From Pirellulales bacterium (lineage in GTDB: Bacteria > Planctomycetota > Planctomycetia > Pirellulales > JAICIG01): DNA of 64,000 bases. The notes beneath the pieces were generated by a model. The model was not told where the DNA came from. It worked only from the letters and a program-made list of their open reading frames with translations, and ran no database searches. Below, piece after piece: positions 8,685 to 18,843 of this stretch. The stretch spans positions 96,001-160,000 of the forward strand of contig JBBDYJ010000038.1 of assembly GCA_040901675.1 (NCBI GenBank), read 5' to 3'. The stretch's first letter is position 1. Each line of letters begins with the position of its first letter. The position numbers and the translations under genes are program-made.

Positions 8685-8841
8685 GCATCGGCACATGCCT
8701 CCGCCGCCGGCACCGCGCGGACAGTGCCGTAACCGTTTGAAATGTAGGTGCTTAGAACAACGGTGACCTCTGCCTTCTGACCTCTGATCTCTGGAGTTGA
8801 CGGACCGCATGCATGCGGATCACGACGAACCTGCGAACAGC

Positions 8842-10557
8842 CTACGAGCCGATCAGCTTCTTCAATTGCGGCCAGGGGCGGGCGTTGGCGACGTCGGCGG
8901 CGGTGAGGCCGGCGCGGCGGGCCTGCACGATGCCGTACCGCAGCTTGTCGAGCTCGTTCACGCTGTGCGCGTCGGTCGAGATCACGATCGGCACGCCGTA
9001 CGACTTGGCCGCCGCGCAGGCCAGGTCGTCCAGGTCGAGACGCCAGGGGTTCGCGTTGAGCTCCAACAGCTTGCCGTGATCGCGGGCGGCCTTGAAGACC
9101 GCCTCCAGGTCGACGTCGTAAGCCTTGCGGCGGTTGATCAGCCGGCCGGTCGGATGTCCGATCGCGGAAACCCAACGATTCTCGATCGCGCCCAGAATCC
9201 GCCGCGTGATCTGCTCGCGCGGCTGGTTCTGACCATAGTGCAGGCTGGCCACCACCCAGTCGGCCTCGCTGAGCACCTCGTCGTCCAGGTCGAGGCCGCC
9301 GCGCTCCAGGATGTCGACCTCGACGCCCTTCAGCACCTTGAACCCCTTGAGCCGCGCGTTGAGCCGGTCGATCTCGGCCCACTGCTGGCGCAAGCGTTCG
9401 GCGTTCAGGCCGTTGGCCATCGAGACGCGCTTGGAGTGATCGGTGATGGCAATGTACTTCAGTCCCCGCTTGCGCGCCGCCTCGGCCATCTCGTCGAGCG
9501 TGGCCTGCCCATCGGTGGCCGTGGTGTGCATGTGCAGGTCGCCCTGGATCCGCTCGGCGGTGATCAGCTCGGGCAAGGCGCCCTGGTCGGCCCAGTCGAA
9601 CTCGCGCCGCGCCTCGCGCAGCTCCGGCGGAAAGCAAGGCAGGTCCAAGGCGGCGTAAACTTCGGCCTCGCTGCGGCCGGCGATCCACTCGTCGCCCCTG
9701 TAGACGCCGTATTCGTTGATCTTGAGGCCGCGGGCCTTGGCCCGGCCGCGCAACACGACGTTGTGGTCCTTGGAGCCGGTGAAATACTGCAAGGCCGCCC
9801 CGAACGACTGGGCGGGGACCACGCGCAGGTCGACTTGCAAGCCGCCGCCCAACCGCACCGACATCTTGGTGTCGCCGCGGGCCAACACGTCGGCCACGCC
9901 GGCAAAACGGGCCAGGTGGTCCATCGCCTCGTCCGGATTGTTGGAGACGACCAGCAGATCAAGATCGCCCACGGTCTCGCGGCCGCGGCGGTAGCTGCCG
10001 GCCGCGGCGAGCTGCTCGACGCCGGGCAGGCCGCGAAGATGCGCCAGCAGCGACTGTGCAAACACGTCGGCCTCGGCCCACAGGAGGCGCTGCTGGCTGG
10101 AGCCGGCAAAATCGAGGCCGGCCAGGATGGCCTCCTCGGTCTTGGCGCCAAAGCCTTTCAGACCGCGGACCCGCTGGGCCTGGCAAGCCTCGCGGAGTTG
10201 TTCGAGCGATGCGATCTTGAGCTCCTTGAACAGGGCAGCCGCCTTCTTCGGCCCCAGGCCCGGCACCCGCAAAAGCACCAGCACCGAGGCGGGCACTTCG
10301 GCCAGAAGCTGCTGGTGCATCGGCAGCGAGCCGGTGGCGAGCAGCGTCGAGATTTTTTCGGCCAGGTCCTTGCCGATGCCTTCGATTTCGGTCAGCTTGC
10401 GATCGGGGTCGGCGGCGATATCGGCCACCGGCTCGGACATCTCCCGGATGGTCCGCGCGCCGGTCCGGTAGGCCCGGACGCGAAATGGGTTGGCGTCCTG
10501 GAACTCCAGCAGGTCGGCAACCTCGTCGAATACCGCGGCGATCTGCGGGTTGTTCAT
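8842..10557 (-). CDS. polX: DNA polymerase X / PHP 3'-5' exonuclease
   Basis: NPFRVRAY, HhH motifs GIG/GLG, GSYRR...GDLD, VDLR and YFTGSK, plus PHP motifs DLHMHT, TDHS, HPTGR and TDAH. Confidence 0.95.
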   Translation of the reverse strand: MNNPQIAAVFDEVADLLEFQDANPFRVRAYRTGARTIREMSEPVADIAADPDRKLTEIEGIGKDLAEKISTLLATGSLPMHQQLLAEVPASVLVLLRVPGLGPKKAAALFKELKIASLEQLREACQAQRVRGLKGFGAKTEEAILAGLDFAGSSQQRLLWAEADVFAQSLLAHLRGLPGVEQLAAAGSYRRGRETVGDLDLLVVSNNPDEAMDHLARFAGVADVLARGDTKMSVRLGGGLQVDLRVVPAQSFGAALQYFTGSKDHNVVLRGRAKARGLKINEYGVYRGDEWIAGRSEAEVYAALDLPCFPPELREARREFDWADQGALPELITAERIQGDLHMHTTATDGQATLDEMAEAARKRGLKYIAITDHSKRVSMANGLNAERLRQQWAEIDRLNARLKGFKVLKGVEVDILERGGLDLDDEVLSEADWVVASLHYGQNQPREQITRRILGAIENRWVSAIGHPTGRLINRRKAYDVDLEAVFKAARDHGKLLELNANPWRLDLDDLACAAAKSYGVPIVISTDAHSVNELDKLRYGIVQARRAGLTAADVANARPWPQLKKLIGS

Positions 10558-10593
10558 ACCTCAGCCTGCCGATACTGCCATGCGTTGAAAAGC

Positions 10594-11586
10594 TTAAACG
10601 TGCAGCTCGACGACGTCCTTGTCGTGCAGCACGTAGTCGGTCTTGGCCACGGTGCCATCATGAACCGCCGAGCCCCAAACGCGGGCAAACTTCAGGTTCT
10701 CCGCAAAGTCCTTGTGAACCAGGGCCGCCACGTCGGCCAGAGTGCCGCCCCGCCGCACGGTAAAGGGCCGCTCGTAATCGGCCTGTTTGGCGGCGGGGGT
10801 CTTGGTGTAGACCCGCACCACGTCCAGCGAGCGATAGACGGCCTCTTTCAAGGCTTCCAAGCCGGTGCCGTGCAGGGCGGAGATCACGAATCGGGGCCAG
10901 TCGAGCGTGCACAGCTCGCTGAAAAGTTCGAGCCGCTCGGCCGCGTCGGCCAGATCGATCTTGTTGGGGACCAGCAGCGTGCGGGTGTAGGACACGCCGA
11001 CGTCGTCTTCGTCGAGGGCCGACTCTCGGGCCAACCGCGTTTTGGTTGCCGCGAGCTTGTCGAACATTTCCTGAAATTGCTCGATACCGTCGTCGCTGCC
11101 CAAGTCGACCAGCACCAGCGCCAGATCGGCTGCCCGCACGAGACCCTGCATATATGGTTCGAGAAAGTCGCGGGTGATGGGGGGAGTGTCGATGAGCTGC
11201 ACCGCCACGTCCTCCCAGGGCATCATGCCGGGCATGGGGGCACGGGTTGTGAAGGGATAGGCGGCGACCTCCGGAGTGGCTCGCGTGAGACGGGCGAGCA
11301 ACTGGCTCTTGCCCGCGTTCGGGCCCCCCAAGAGCACCGCGGTGCCGGCGCCCTGCCGGGGGATGCGGACGCCGTGCCCCTTCTTGGGGCTTTTGCGCTG
11401 GGCCTCCAATTCCTTCTTGGCCTTGCTGATCTTCTGCTTGAGCTCGGACTGCAGCTTCTCCGAGGCCTTGTGCTTCGGCATTTCGCGCAGCATGACCTCG
11501 AGCCACTTGAGTTCGTCCTCGGTGGTCGCCGCCCGCCGGTACTCCTCCTCGGCCCGGTGGTATTGAGGCGTGAGATTGGTAGCCAT
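10594..11586 (-). CDS. DRG/Rbg-like OBG-family GTPase with TGS domain
   Basis: GGPNAGKS, YPFTT, DTPP, NKID, ISA and a C-terminal TGS (VRVYTK...VHKDF...LHDKDVVELH); N-terminal PKHK helical region. Confidence 0.88.
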   Translation of the reverse strand: MATNLTPQYHRAEEEYRRAATTEDELKWLEVMLREMPKHKASEKLQSELKQKISKAKKELEAQRKSPKKGHGVRIPRQGAGTAVLLGGPNAGKSQLLARLTRATPEVAAYPFTTRAPMPGMMPWEDVAVQLIDTPPITRDFLEPYMQGLVRAADLALVLVDLGSDDGIEQFQEMFDKLAATKTRLARESALDEDDVGVSYTRTLLVPNKIDLADAAERLELFSELCTLDWPRFVISALHGTGLEALKEAVYRSLDVVRVYTKTPAAKQADYERPFTVRRGGTLADVAALVHKDFAENLKFARVWGSAVHDGTVAKTDYVLHDKDVVELHV

Positions 11587-11840
11587 GACATCCGCGCAAC
11601 TTGAGGAAATTTCTCTATGAAATTGAGTTTAGTGGAGGCCGGCCCAACCCGCCAGTTGGCGGCGGCAGCCGTCGGGCCGGATGCACGCTAGCGGCCTGCC
11701 GGGCAGCCGGATTCGCGAGAATTCGGGCCGCCGCCCACTTCACCAGGACATTTGGCGAGCCTCGTCCCTCGGCCGTTGGGAGTCTGCCGCGATTCAGGTG
11801 ATATAATTCCATGGACCCATCGGACCACGCGAGGACCGCC

Positions 11841-13799
11841 ATGAAAACCAGCCAGCCGCAACTCGACCCTTCGAACCGGCCCCGGCCACACGAACATCCG
11901 GCGGCCGCTGACGGCGAGCGGCAGTCGTTTGCTGAAACGGCGCTGAAGCTGGGGGGCAAAAGCGACGAAGAAGCCCGCCGCACGGGAGCCATCGACAAGG
12001 CCGACGACCAGGTCGAGGCCCTGTTTGCGCCGCAGTACCAGACCACGGCCAGCCCGGCGCATCGGGCGGTGTGGGAGGGGCGTGTTCCGGTCGACCTGTT
12101 CAGCTTTCCGCCCCCGTCGGCGCCAGAGCACGCCGGCAAGGTCATGGAGGGCTCGCTGGCGGTGGTCCGGCGGCATCGCGAGTCGGGCACGGTGCTGGAC
12201 GAACACGGCAAGATCTCGCAGCAGGTGCTGGACGAGTTGGCGGCCGCCGGCTATTGGGGCCTGCTGGTCGACCGCGAGTATGGCGGATCGGCGGCGCCGT
12301 TCGGTGTTTTTGCTCCATTCCTCACGCGGATGGCCACGCTCGATCCGACGATCGCGGGAATGGCCTCGGTGCACGGCTGCATCGGAGCGGTGGATCCGGT
12401 CCGCACGTTCGGCGACGCCGAGCAAAAGGCCCGCTTCCTGCCGCGGCTGGCCAGCGGCGAGCGGTTGAGCGCCTTCGCTCTGACCGAGCCCAACGCGGGC
12501 AGCGACCTCACCGCGCTGCGGACGCGCGCCGAGCGCGACGGCGACGAGTACGTCGTGAACGGCGAGAAGCTGTTCATCACCAACGTGGTGCCCGGCCGCA
12601 CGATCGGCCTGGTGTGCCTGATCGGCGGCAAGCCGGCGGTGCTCATCGTCGATCTGCCGGAGGCCGAGGACGAACACTTCCGGTTGAAGCGCTACGGGCT
12701 GTACGCTCTCAAGCACACCTACAACCAGGGCATCGTGTTCAAAGATTTCCGCGTGCCGGCCGAGAACCTGCTCCAGCCTGCTCGCGGCGACGGCCTGACG
12801 ATCGCCTACCATGGGCTGAACCTGGGGCGGATCGCGTTGTGCGCCACGGCGGCCGGAAGCATGCGGCTGATGCTGGCGAGCATGATCCCCTGGGCCCACT
12901 TCCGCAAGACGTACGGCCAGCCGATCGAGCGCCGCGAGCTGGTCCGCCGCCGGCTGGGGCGGTTGGCCGGCCTGATCGTGGCCTGCGACGCGCTGGTGGC
13001 CTGGTGCTCGGCCCTGATCGACCGCGGCTATCGCGGCGAGATGGAGTGCATCATCGCCAAGATCTTCGGCAGCGAGGCCCAGAGGGAAGCGGCGGTCGAG
13101 TTGTTGATGAAGACGCACGGCGGCCGCTCGTTCGTTCACGGCCACCTGTTCGGCGACAACGTCCACGAGTTCCTGGCGCCGTGCATTTACGAGGGCGAGG
13201 GCGAGATGCTGGGCATGGCCTTCTTCAAATCGCTGGTCAAGCAGCATGGCACCGCCTACTTCGAGCCGATCGGCAAGGCGCTGGCGGCCGCCGGCATCAA
13301 GCGGCCCAACCCGCTGAACCCGGCGCACGCCTGGGCACTGAGGGGGCCGCTGTGGGACTACGGCCGCTGGTATCTTGGGCAGAAACCTGCCTGGCGGCAG
13401 GCGGCCCAGTTGCCGGCGATGCCCCCGGCGTTGCGGGAGCATGCACGCTACGCGGCGGATTGGCTGGTCCGCTCTCCGCTGGAGATCAGCGGCACAATGC
13501 GCAAGCACCAGTTGGCCCTGGCCGACCGGCAGTGCCGGATGGCCGAGGTCTCGCAGCGGGTGCAGGACGCAATCGTCATTCTGGCGGTCAGCTTGTACGC
13601 GGGCCGCCAGGACGACGAGCTGATACGGACGGCAGCCGACGTGGTCTGCCAGGATTTGCGGCGCAAGCTGACGGGCGATCGCCCCAGCGACCGCTACTTC
13701 CGCACGGTCACCCGGCTGGGCGAGCAGGTTGCCGAGGGGGGATTCAAGTCGATTGCGGGCCTTCCCACCGGACCGATCCTGATGCCTTACGAGGACTAG
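11841..13799 (+). CDS. Acyl-CoA dehydrogenase family protein
   Basis: [36 protein letters not shown] and IYEG. RBS GAGGA precedes ATG 11841; extended -10 TGATATAAT at 11799-11807. Confidence 0.9.
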   Translation: MKTSQPQLDPSNRPRPHEHPAAADGERQSFAETALKLGGKSDEEARRTGAIDKADDQVEALFAPQYQTTASPAHRAVWEGRVPVDLFSFPPPSAPEHAGKVMEGSLAVVRRHRESGTVLDEHGKISQQVLDELAAAGYWGLLVDREYGGSAAPFGVFAPFLTRMATLDPTIAGMASVHGCIGAVDPVRTFGDAEQKARFLPRLASGERLSAFALTEPNAGSDLTALRTRAERDGDEYVVNGEKLFITNVVPGRTIGLVCLIGGKPAVLIVDLPEAEDEHFRLKRYGLYALKHTYNQGIVFKDFRVPAENLLQPARGDGLTIAYHGLNLGRIALCATAAGSMRLMLASMIPWAHFRKTYGQPIERRELVRRRLGRLAGLIVACDALVAWCSALIDRGYRGEMECIIAKIFGSEAQREAAVELLMKTHGGRSFVHGHLFGDNVHEFLAPCIYEGEGEMLGMAFFKSLVKQHGTAYFEPIGKALAAAGIKRPNPLNPAHAWALRGPLWDYGRWYLGQKPAWRQAAQLPAMPPALREHARYAADWLVRSPLEISGTMRKHQLALADRQCRMAEVSQRVQDAIVILAVSLYAGRQDDELIRTAADVVCQDLRRKLTGDRPSDRYFRTVTRLGEQVAEGGFKSIAGLPTGPILMPYED

Positions 13800-13849
13800 C
13801 GGGCAGGCAAGGCAGCTTCGCCGGTGGATGGTAGTGGGTCAGTTTGAAA

Positions 13850-14149
13850 TCACGGCCTAATCCCGGTCCTCTTTTCTTCTGCTTCAAGTACCGCGTCCAT
13901 CCGGAGGGCCTGCTCTTCCCACTTGGCGAGGATTTTCTCGTAGCGGTCGTTAAACTCGTGAGCGCGTTCGGTTTGTAGTTCCTGCGCCGTCAGCAGTCTG
14001 TCAGTTTGTTCGGTCTGACGCTTGTACGCTTCGAGTTGAGCCTCATATTCCTCAACCGAGGATGTGGTCGCGCCCTGATCCGCCACGGGCGTGCAACCAA
14101 CGCCTCCAAGAGATGCAAGAACCGCCATGATGGTGAGGGATGTGCGCAT
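13850..14149 (-). CDS. Small predicted lipoprotein with coiled coil (passenger gene)
   Basis: Hydrophobic signal ending GVGC, followed by an E/Q-rich helix; upstream GAGG. Confidence 0.55.
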   Translation of the reverse strand: MRTSLTIMAVLASLGGVGCTPVADQGATTSSVEEYEAQLEAYKRQTEQTDRLLTAQELQTERAHEFNDRYEKILAKWEEQALRMDAVLEAEEKRTGIRP

Positions 14150-14162
14150 GGGAGAACCTCAT

Positions 14163-14197
14163 TTGACTGATAGGGGTCGTCAGGGCATAATTATGCC
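14163..14197 (+). promoter_or_regulatory. Sigma70-like promoter with an overlapping 14-bp palindrome
   Basis: TTGACT-N17-CATAAT; GGCATAATTATGCC (14184-14197) directly precedes ATG 14198. Confidence 0.55.
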
Positions 14198-14536
14198 ATG
14201 CCTAAACGCTCAAGCAAGCAAAAAGACACCCAGCAGCTCGCCCGGTCCGTTCTGGATGCCGTGGCGCCCGATGCCGAGCCGCCGAAGAAACCAGCCGCGA
14301 ACAAGGCCAAGCCGCCGCGCCCAGTGAAGAAGCAGGACGTGGAGGATATCGAACGGGCCGACGCGGAAGGCATGGCGCAGCCCCAGGGCATACGGCCCAA
14401 AGAGAAGAACCCCGCAGCCGTCGCCCTGGGCCGCCTGGGCGGCAAGAAGGGCGGCGCGGCCCGCGCAGCCAAGCTGTCGAAAGCCAAGCGGTCGGCCATC
14501 GCCAAAAAGGCGGCGGCGGCGCGGTGGCAACGCTAG
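14198..14536 (+). CDS. Small basic KGG-motif protein (histone H1-like annotation class, IS-associated)
   Basis: KNPAAVALGRLGGKKGGAARAAKLSKAKRSAIAKKAAAARW motif. Confidence 0.7.
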   Translation: MPKRSSKQKDTQQLARSVLDAVAPDAEPPKKPAANKAKPPRPVKKQDVEDIERADAEGMAQPQGIRPKEKNPAAVALGRLGGKKGGAARAAKLSKAKRSAIAKKAAAARWQR

Positions 14537-14787
14537 CCCCTCGGCTCCCAGTCTTTCGGATCGTCGAAAAGTCCAGGTGTTTCGGGATAGATGGGCGCGA
14601 TCCAGTCTGACTGTTTCTCAAACGCGGCGTAATCCGTGTGCAGTTTCATTAGGCCAACGACGGTTCCCAGGTGAACAAGCACCTCAGGAAACCCCACGTC
14701 GGAACTCAGCCACGAATGCAGCTTGTTGCCAGGGGTTCCCCTGTCGTTCCGACGTTCCTTCAGTTTCTTCAAGAGGCCTGGGGCGAT
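14533..14787 (-). pseudogene. C-terminal fragment of a P63C-like protein, truncated by the right inverted repeat
   Basis: IAPGLLKKLKERR...KLHSWLSSDVGFPEVLVHLGTVVGLMK resembles the P63C C-terminus; the resemblance starts exactly at the IR. Confidence 0.6.
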
Positions 14788-14953
14788 TTCAAACTGACCC
14801 ACTACCGGTTGGATCGCTTGCTTGACGCGGATGGGCGAAAGGGGACAATTGGTGTCTTGCACCCCCGTACTGAGGTGAGCCCTTGATTGCCGTGCCCCGA
14901 GCGAGTCTTGGGTTTGTATACTTCCTTGCTCCTTCATTCTTCCTCCTTTAGCC

Positions 14954-15690
14954 GTGTCTACTTACGCCGTCATCTTGCCGGCCGCCGGCGCCAGCAGCCG
15001 GTTCAAGGACAAGCACTACAAGAAGCCTTTTGCGCCGCTGGCGAACCGGGCGGTGTGGCTGTACTCCGCGGAGCGGTTCCTGCACCGCGACGACGTCAAG
15101 CAATTGATCGTGGTCGTCTCCCCTGAAGACCGCGAATACTTCGACTTCAAGTTCGCCTCCAACGTGATGATCCTGGGCATCGACGTGGTGGAAGGCGGCA
15201 AGGAGCGGGCCGACTCGATCCAACGGGCGCTGGAGCACGTCAAGCCGGACATCGACTTCATCGCCGTGCACGACGCCGCCCGGCCTTGCCTGGCCGACGA
15301 ATGGGTGACCAAGGTGTTCGACGCCGCGCGCAACAGCGGCGCCGCCATTCTGGGCCTGCCGGTCTCGGCCACGTTGAAGCGCGTCGGCCCGAACCGCGTC
15401 ACTAAGGAGACGGTGTCCCGCGAGGGACTGTGGGAGGCGCAGACCCCCCAGGTGTTTCGACGCCAGTTGCTGCTCGACGCCTACGCGCGGCGAGGCGGTT
15501 TTGCCGCCACCGACGACGCCCAGCTCGTCGAGCGGATCGGCCATCCGGTGACCGTCGTGCACGGCTCGCCGATCAACATCAAGATCACCACGCAGGAAGA
15601 CCTGCGGTTGGCCGAGCAGGCCTTGAAGGCTCTTCCCAAGCCCAAGTTCCACGGTCCGGGCCATCCCTTCGCCGAAGACGACATGTGGCG

Positions 15691-15694
<4 letters not shown>
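14954..15694 (+). CDS. ispD: 2-C-methyl-D-erythritol 4-phosphate cytidylyltransferase
   Basis: LPAAGASSRF, GGKERADS, VHDAARP, AQTPQVF, TDDAQLVE and NIKITT. Confidence 0.95.
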
Positions 15695-16976
<1,282 letters not shown>

Positions 16977-16989
<13 letters not shown>

Positions 16990-17200
16990 AGGCCGCTCTG
17001 AGGTCCGCCCAGGGCGGACGAGCAGTGCGGTAGTGCCACTGCTTGAAGGCCGCTCTAAGGCGGCCGCGAAGCAGTGCCGTTGGGGTGGCACATTCTGCCA
17101 CGGACTTACCACCGCCGGACGGACACTGCTTCTCGACCGCCGGCACGCCGGCTGTCTCCAAGCAGTGGCACGGAGAACAGCCTGCAGGCAGTGGCACAAC
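16977..17200. repeat. REP-like family D cluster (GTGCCACTGCTT...AGCAGTG)
   Basis: GTGCCACTGCTTGAAGGCCGCTCT occurs at 16977 and ~17034, with inverted AGCAGTGGCAC-like copies at ~17161 and ~17188. Confidence 0.75.
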
Positions 17201-17285
17201 TCCCTTTCCTCCACCCCTCCAGCCTTCACCCGAATAATCGGCTGCCAGGACGCGCAAAGCGGCCCACCGGGGGGGTAAATCCGCA

Positions 17286-17314
17286 TTGACTCACCCCGCG
17301 GGCGCTCCTAGTAT
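17286..17314 (+). promoter_or_regulatory. Sigma70-like promoter
   Basis: TTGACT-N17-TAGTAT upstream of the CDS at 17444. Confidence 0.45.
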
Positions 17315-17443
17315 TTCCGAGCCCATGAGGGCCCGGAACGTCATGCTTTGAGCCGCCTGAGCGAACGGTTGCATCCCTTCTGGCCGACGGTTCAAGCGGC
17401 AGATTCTCAAATCCAAACCGTCGTTTCACGGCGCAGGCATCCC

Positions 17444-18193
17444 ATGAAGCTCCGTAATCTCACCGCGCTGGCAGGCGTGCTGGTGGCGACCCTGGCGGGT
17501 CTGCTGGGCTGGGGTTATTGGGCCAGCCGGCGAGTGCCTGACTTCTACGAAGCGGCCCTCGAAATCGGGCCGGCCGTGCAGCAGAGCGCCAACGACGAAC
17601 TGCTGGAGACGGCCACGGCCCTGGCCTCCGAGGCCCGCAAGGAGGGAAGTTGGCAGGCGCTGTTCACGGCCGAGCAGATTAACGGCTGGCTGGCGGTGGA
17701 CTTGGCGCGCAACTATCCCGATCTGTTGCCCAACGGTCTCAAGGAGCCACGCGTCAACATTCGGCCGGATCGGGTAACGATGGCCGGCCGGTACGTGGAT
17801 GGCGCGGTGGAGACGGTCATGTCTCTGGACGTCGAGGTCTACATGACGGGCCCGAACGTCCTCTCGTTGCGTCTGCACAATGCGCGGGCCGGCGCGATCC
17901 CCGTTCCCCTGGGACAGATCCTCAACGGACTGGCCCGCGCGGCCGCGGACGCCGAATTGGAGCTGCGGTGGCTGCAAACCAAGGGCGATCCGGTGGCGGT
18001 GGTCAGCTTTTTGCCGCCCCGCGATACGGATCACATCGTGTATCAGCTCGAGACGCTCGAGCTTCGCGAAGGCGAGATCTACGTAGCGGGCCGCACCACG
18101 CGGGGCGGCGCGGCGGACTCGCCGGTTTGGGAACCCGGCTTCAAGCCGGTGGCCATCGCGCCTGAGCTTTCCAGCAAGAGCCGCCAGCGCTGA
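17444..18193 (+). CDS. Hypothetical membrane-anchored protein
   Basis: N-terminal TM helix and natural composition (FTAEQINGWLA, AGAIPVP); no function recognised. Confidence 0.7.
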   Translation: MKLRNLTALAGVLVATLAGLLGWGYWASRRVPDFYEAALEIGPAVQQSANDELLETATALASEARKEGSWQALFTAEQINGWLAVDLARNYPDLLPNGLKEPRVNIRPDRVTMAGRYVDGAVETVMSLDVEVYMTGPNVLSLRLHNARAGAIPVPLGQILNGLARAAADAELELRWLQTKGDPVAVVSFLPPRDTDHIVYQLETLELREGEIYVAGRTTRGGAADSPVWEPGFKPVAIAPELSSKSRQR

Positions 18194-18534
18194 TCGGTCT
18201 CCGCCTGGCGCGTCAATCGCGCCCGGCCCCGCAGGCGCGTCCCGCACAGTTCGAAGACCAGTTCCCGGGACGTGCGGCCGAGCAGTTCGTACGTGCCGCG
18301 GTCCCAGCGCGTGACCGAGCCGCGGCCCCCGGAAATCGGCCCCTCGAAAACGAGGTAATCGAGCCGATGATCGCTGAGTGCCTCAGCGATCAGCACGGTC
18401 CCCGCCGCGGGCGGCTCGGGCAAGGACCAGGTGCGCAGCGTCCCGGAATCTTCATCTTCGAGCATGAAGTCCCAGTGCACGCCGCGCGGCTGGCCGGGAG
18501 GCAAATCGTGCCTGAGGACGACGAATTGGGGCAT
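18079..18534 (-). CDS. Stand-alone LigD 3'-phosphoesterase-like (DNA polymerase/ligase N-terminal) domain protein
   Basis: FVVLRH, HWDFMLE, LRTW, DHRLDYLVFEG and GSVTRWDRGTY. Confidence 0.8.
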   Translation of the reverse strand: MPQFVVLRHDLPPGQPRGVHWDFMLEDEDSGTLRTWSLPEPPAAGTVLIAEALSDHRLDYLVFEGPISGGRGSVTRWDRGTYELLGRTSRELVFELCGTRLRGRARLTRQAETDQRWRLLLESSGAMATGLKPGSQTGESAAPPRVVRPAT

Positions 18535-18843
18535 GGACGAAGCCACTTTATTCTGGAGGCGAGTTGCAGCGCGACCGGCGCGCCCCGGCGATGCCATTCT
18601 ACCATGGCCTGGCGGGCTCTCCCGGCGAGTGGCTCGCAGGGAAAAGATTTCCGCCGCTAAAGCCAGTTGACGGATGCGCCCGCCGCGCGGACAATGATGC
18701 CTGACCCCGTCGTGGCGGCGAACGGCCCATTTTATTTCCCACCTTTTGGCCACGCGGTCACCGACGCTGCCCTGTGCGCGGCCGCCTCGTCTGCAAAGCT
18801 TCTGGCGTGCTTCGGTTGGCAAGATTCTTCGGGTAACCGATCT

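Larger units (their letters stand above)
13830..14806. mobile_element. Non-autonomous IS-derived element (977 bp) with perfect 22-bp terminal inverted repeats and no transposase
   Basis: GGTAGTGGGTCAGTTTGAAATC (13830-13851) is the exact reverse complement of GATTTCAAACTGACCCACTACC (14785-14806). Confidence 0.8.

Noticed and set aside
8797..11604. 935-aa plus-strand ORF and other long antisense ORFs (11688-13508, 15481-17286, 21881-24310, 28165-30204, 32951-35869)
   Set aside because: These are shadow frames opposite well-supported genes, expected in high-GC DNA, and they carry no recognisable motifs.
14807..14937. N-terminal part of the 134-aa ORF 14533-14937
   Set aside because: It lies outside the inverted repeat and is chance read-through; only the part inside the element resembles P63C.
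15430..15690. Upstream extension of the tyrS ORF
   Set aside because: It overlaps ispD out of frame; TyrS similarity begins at about 15691.
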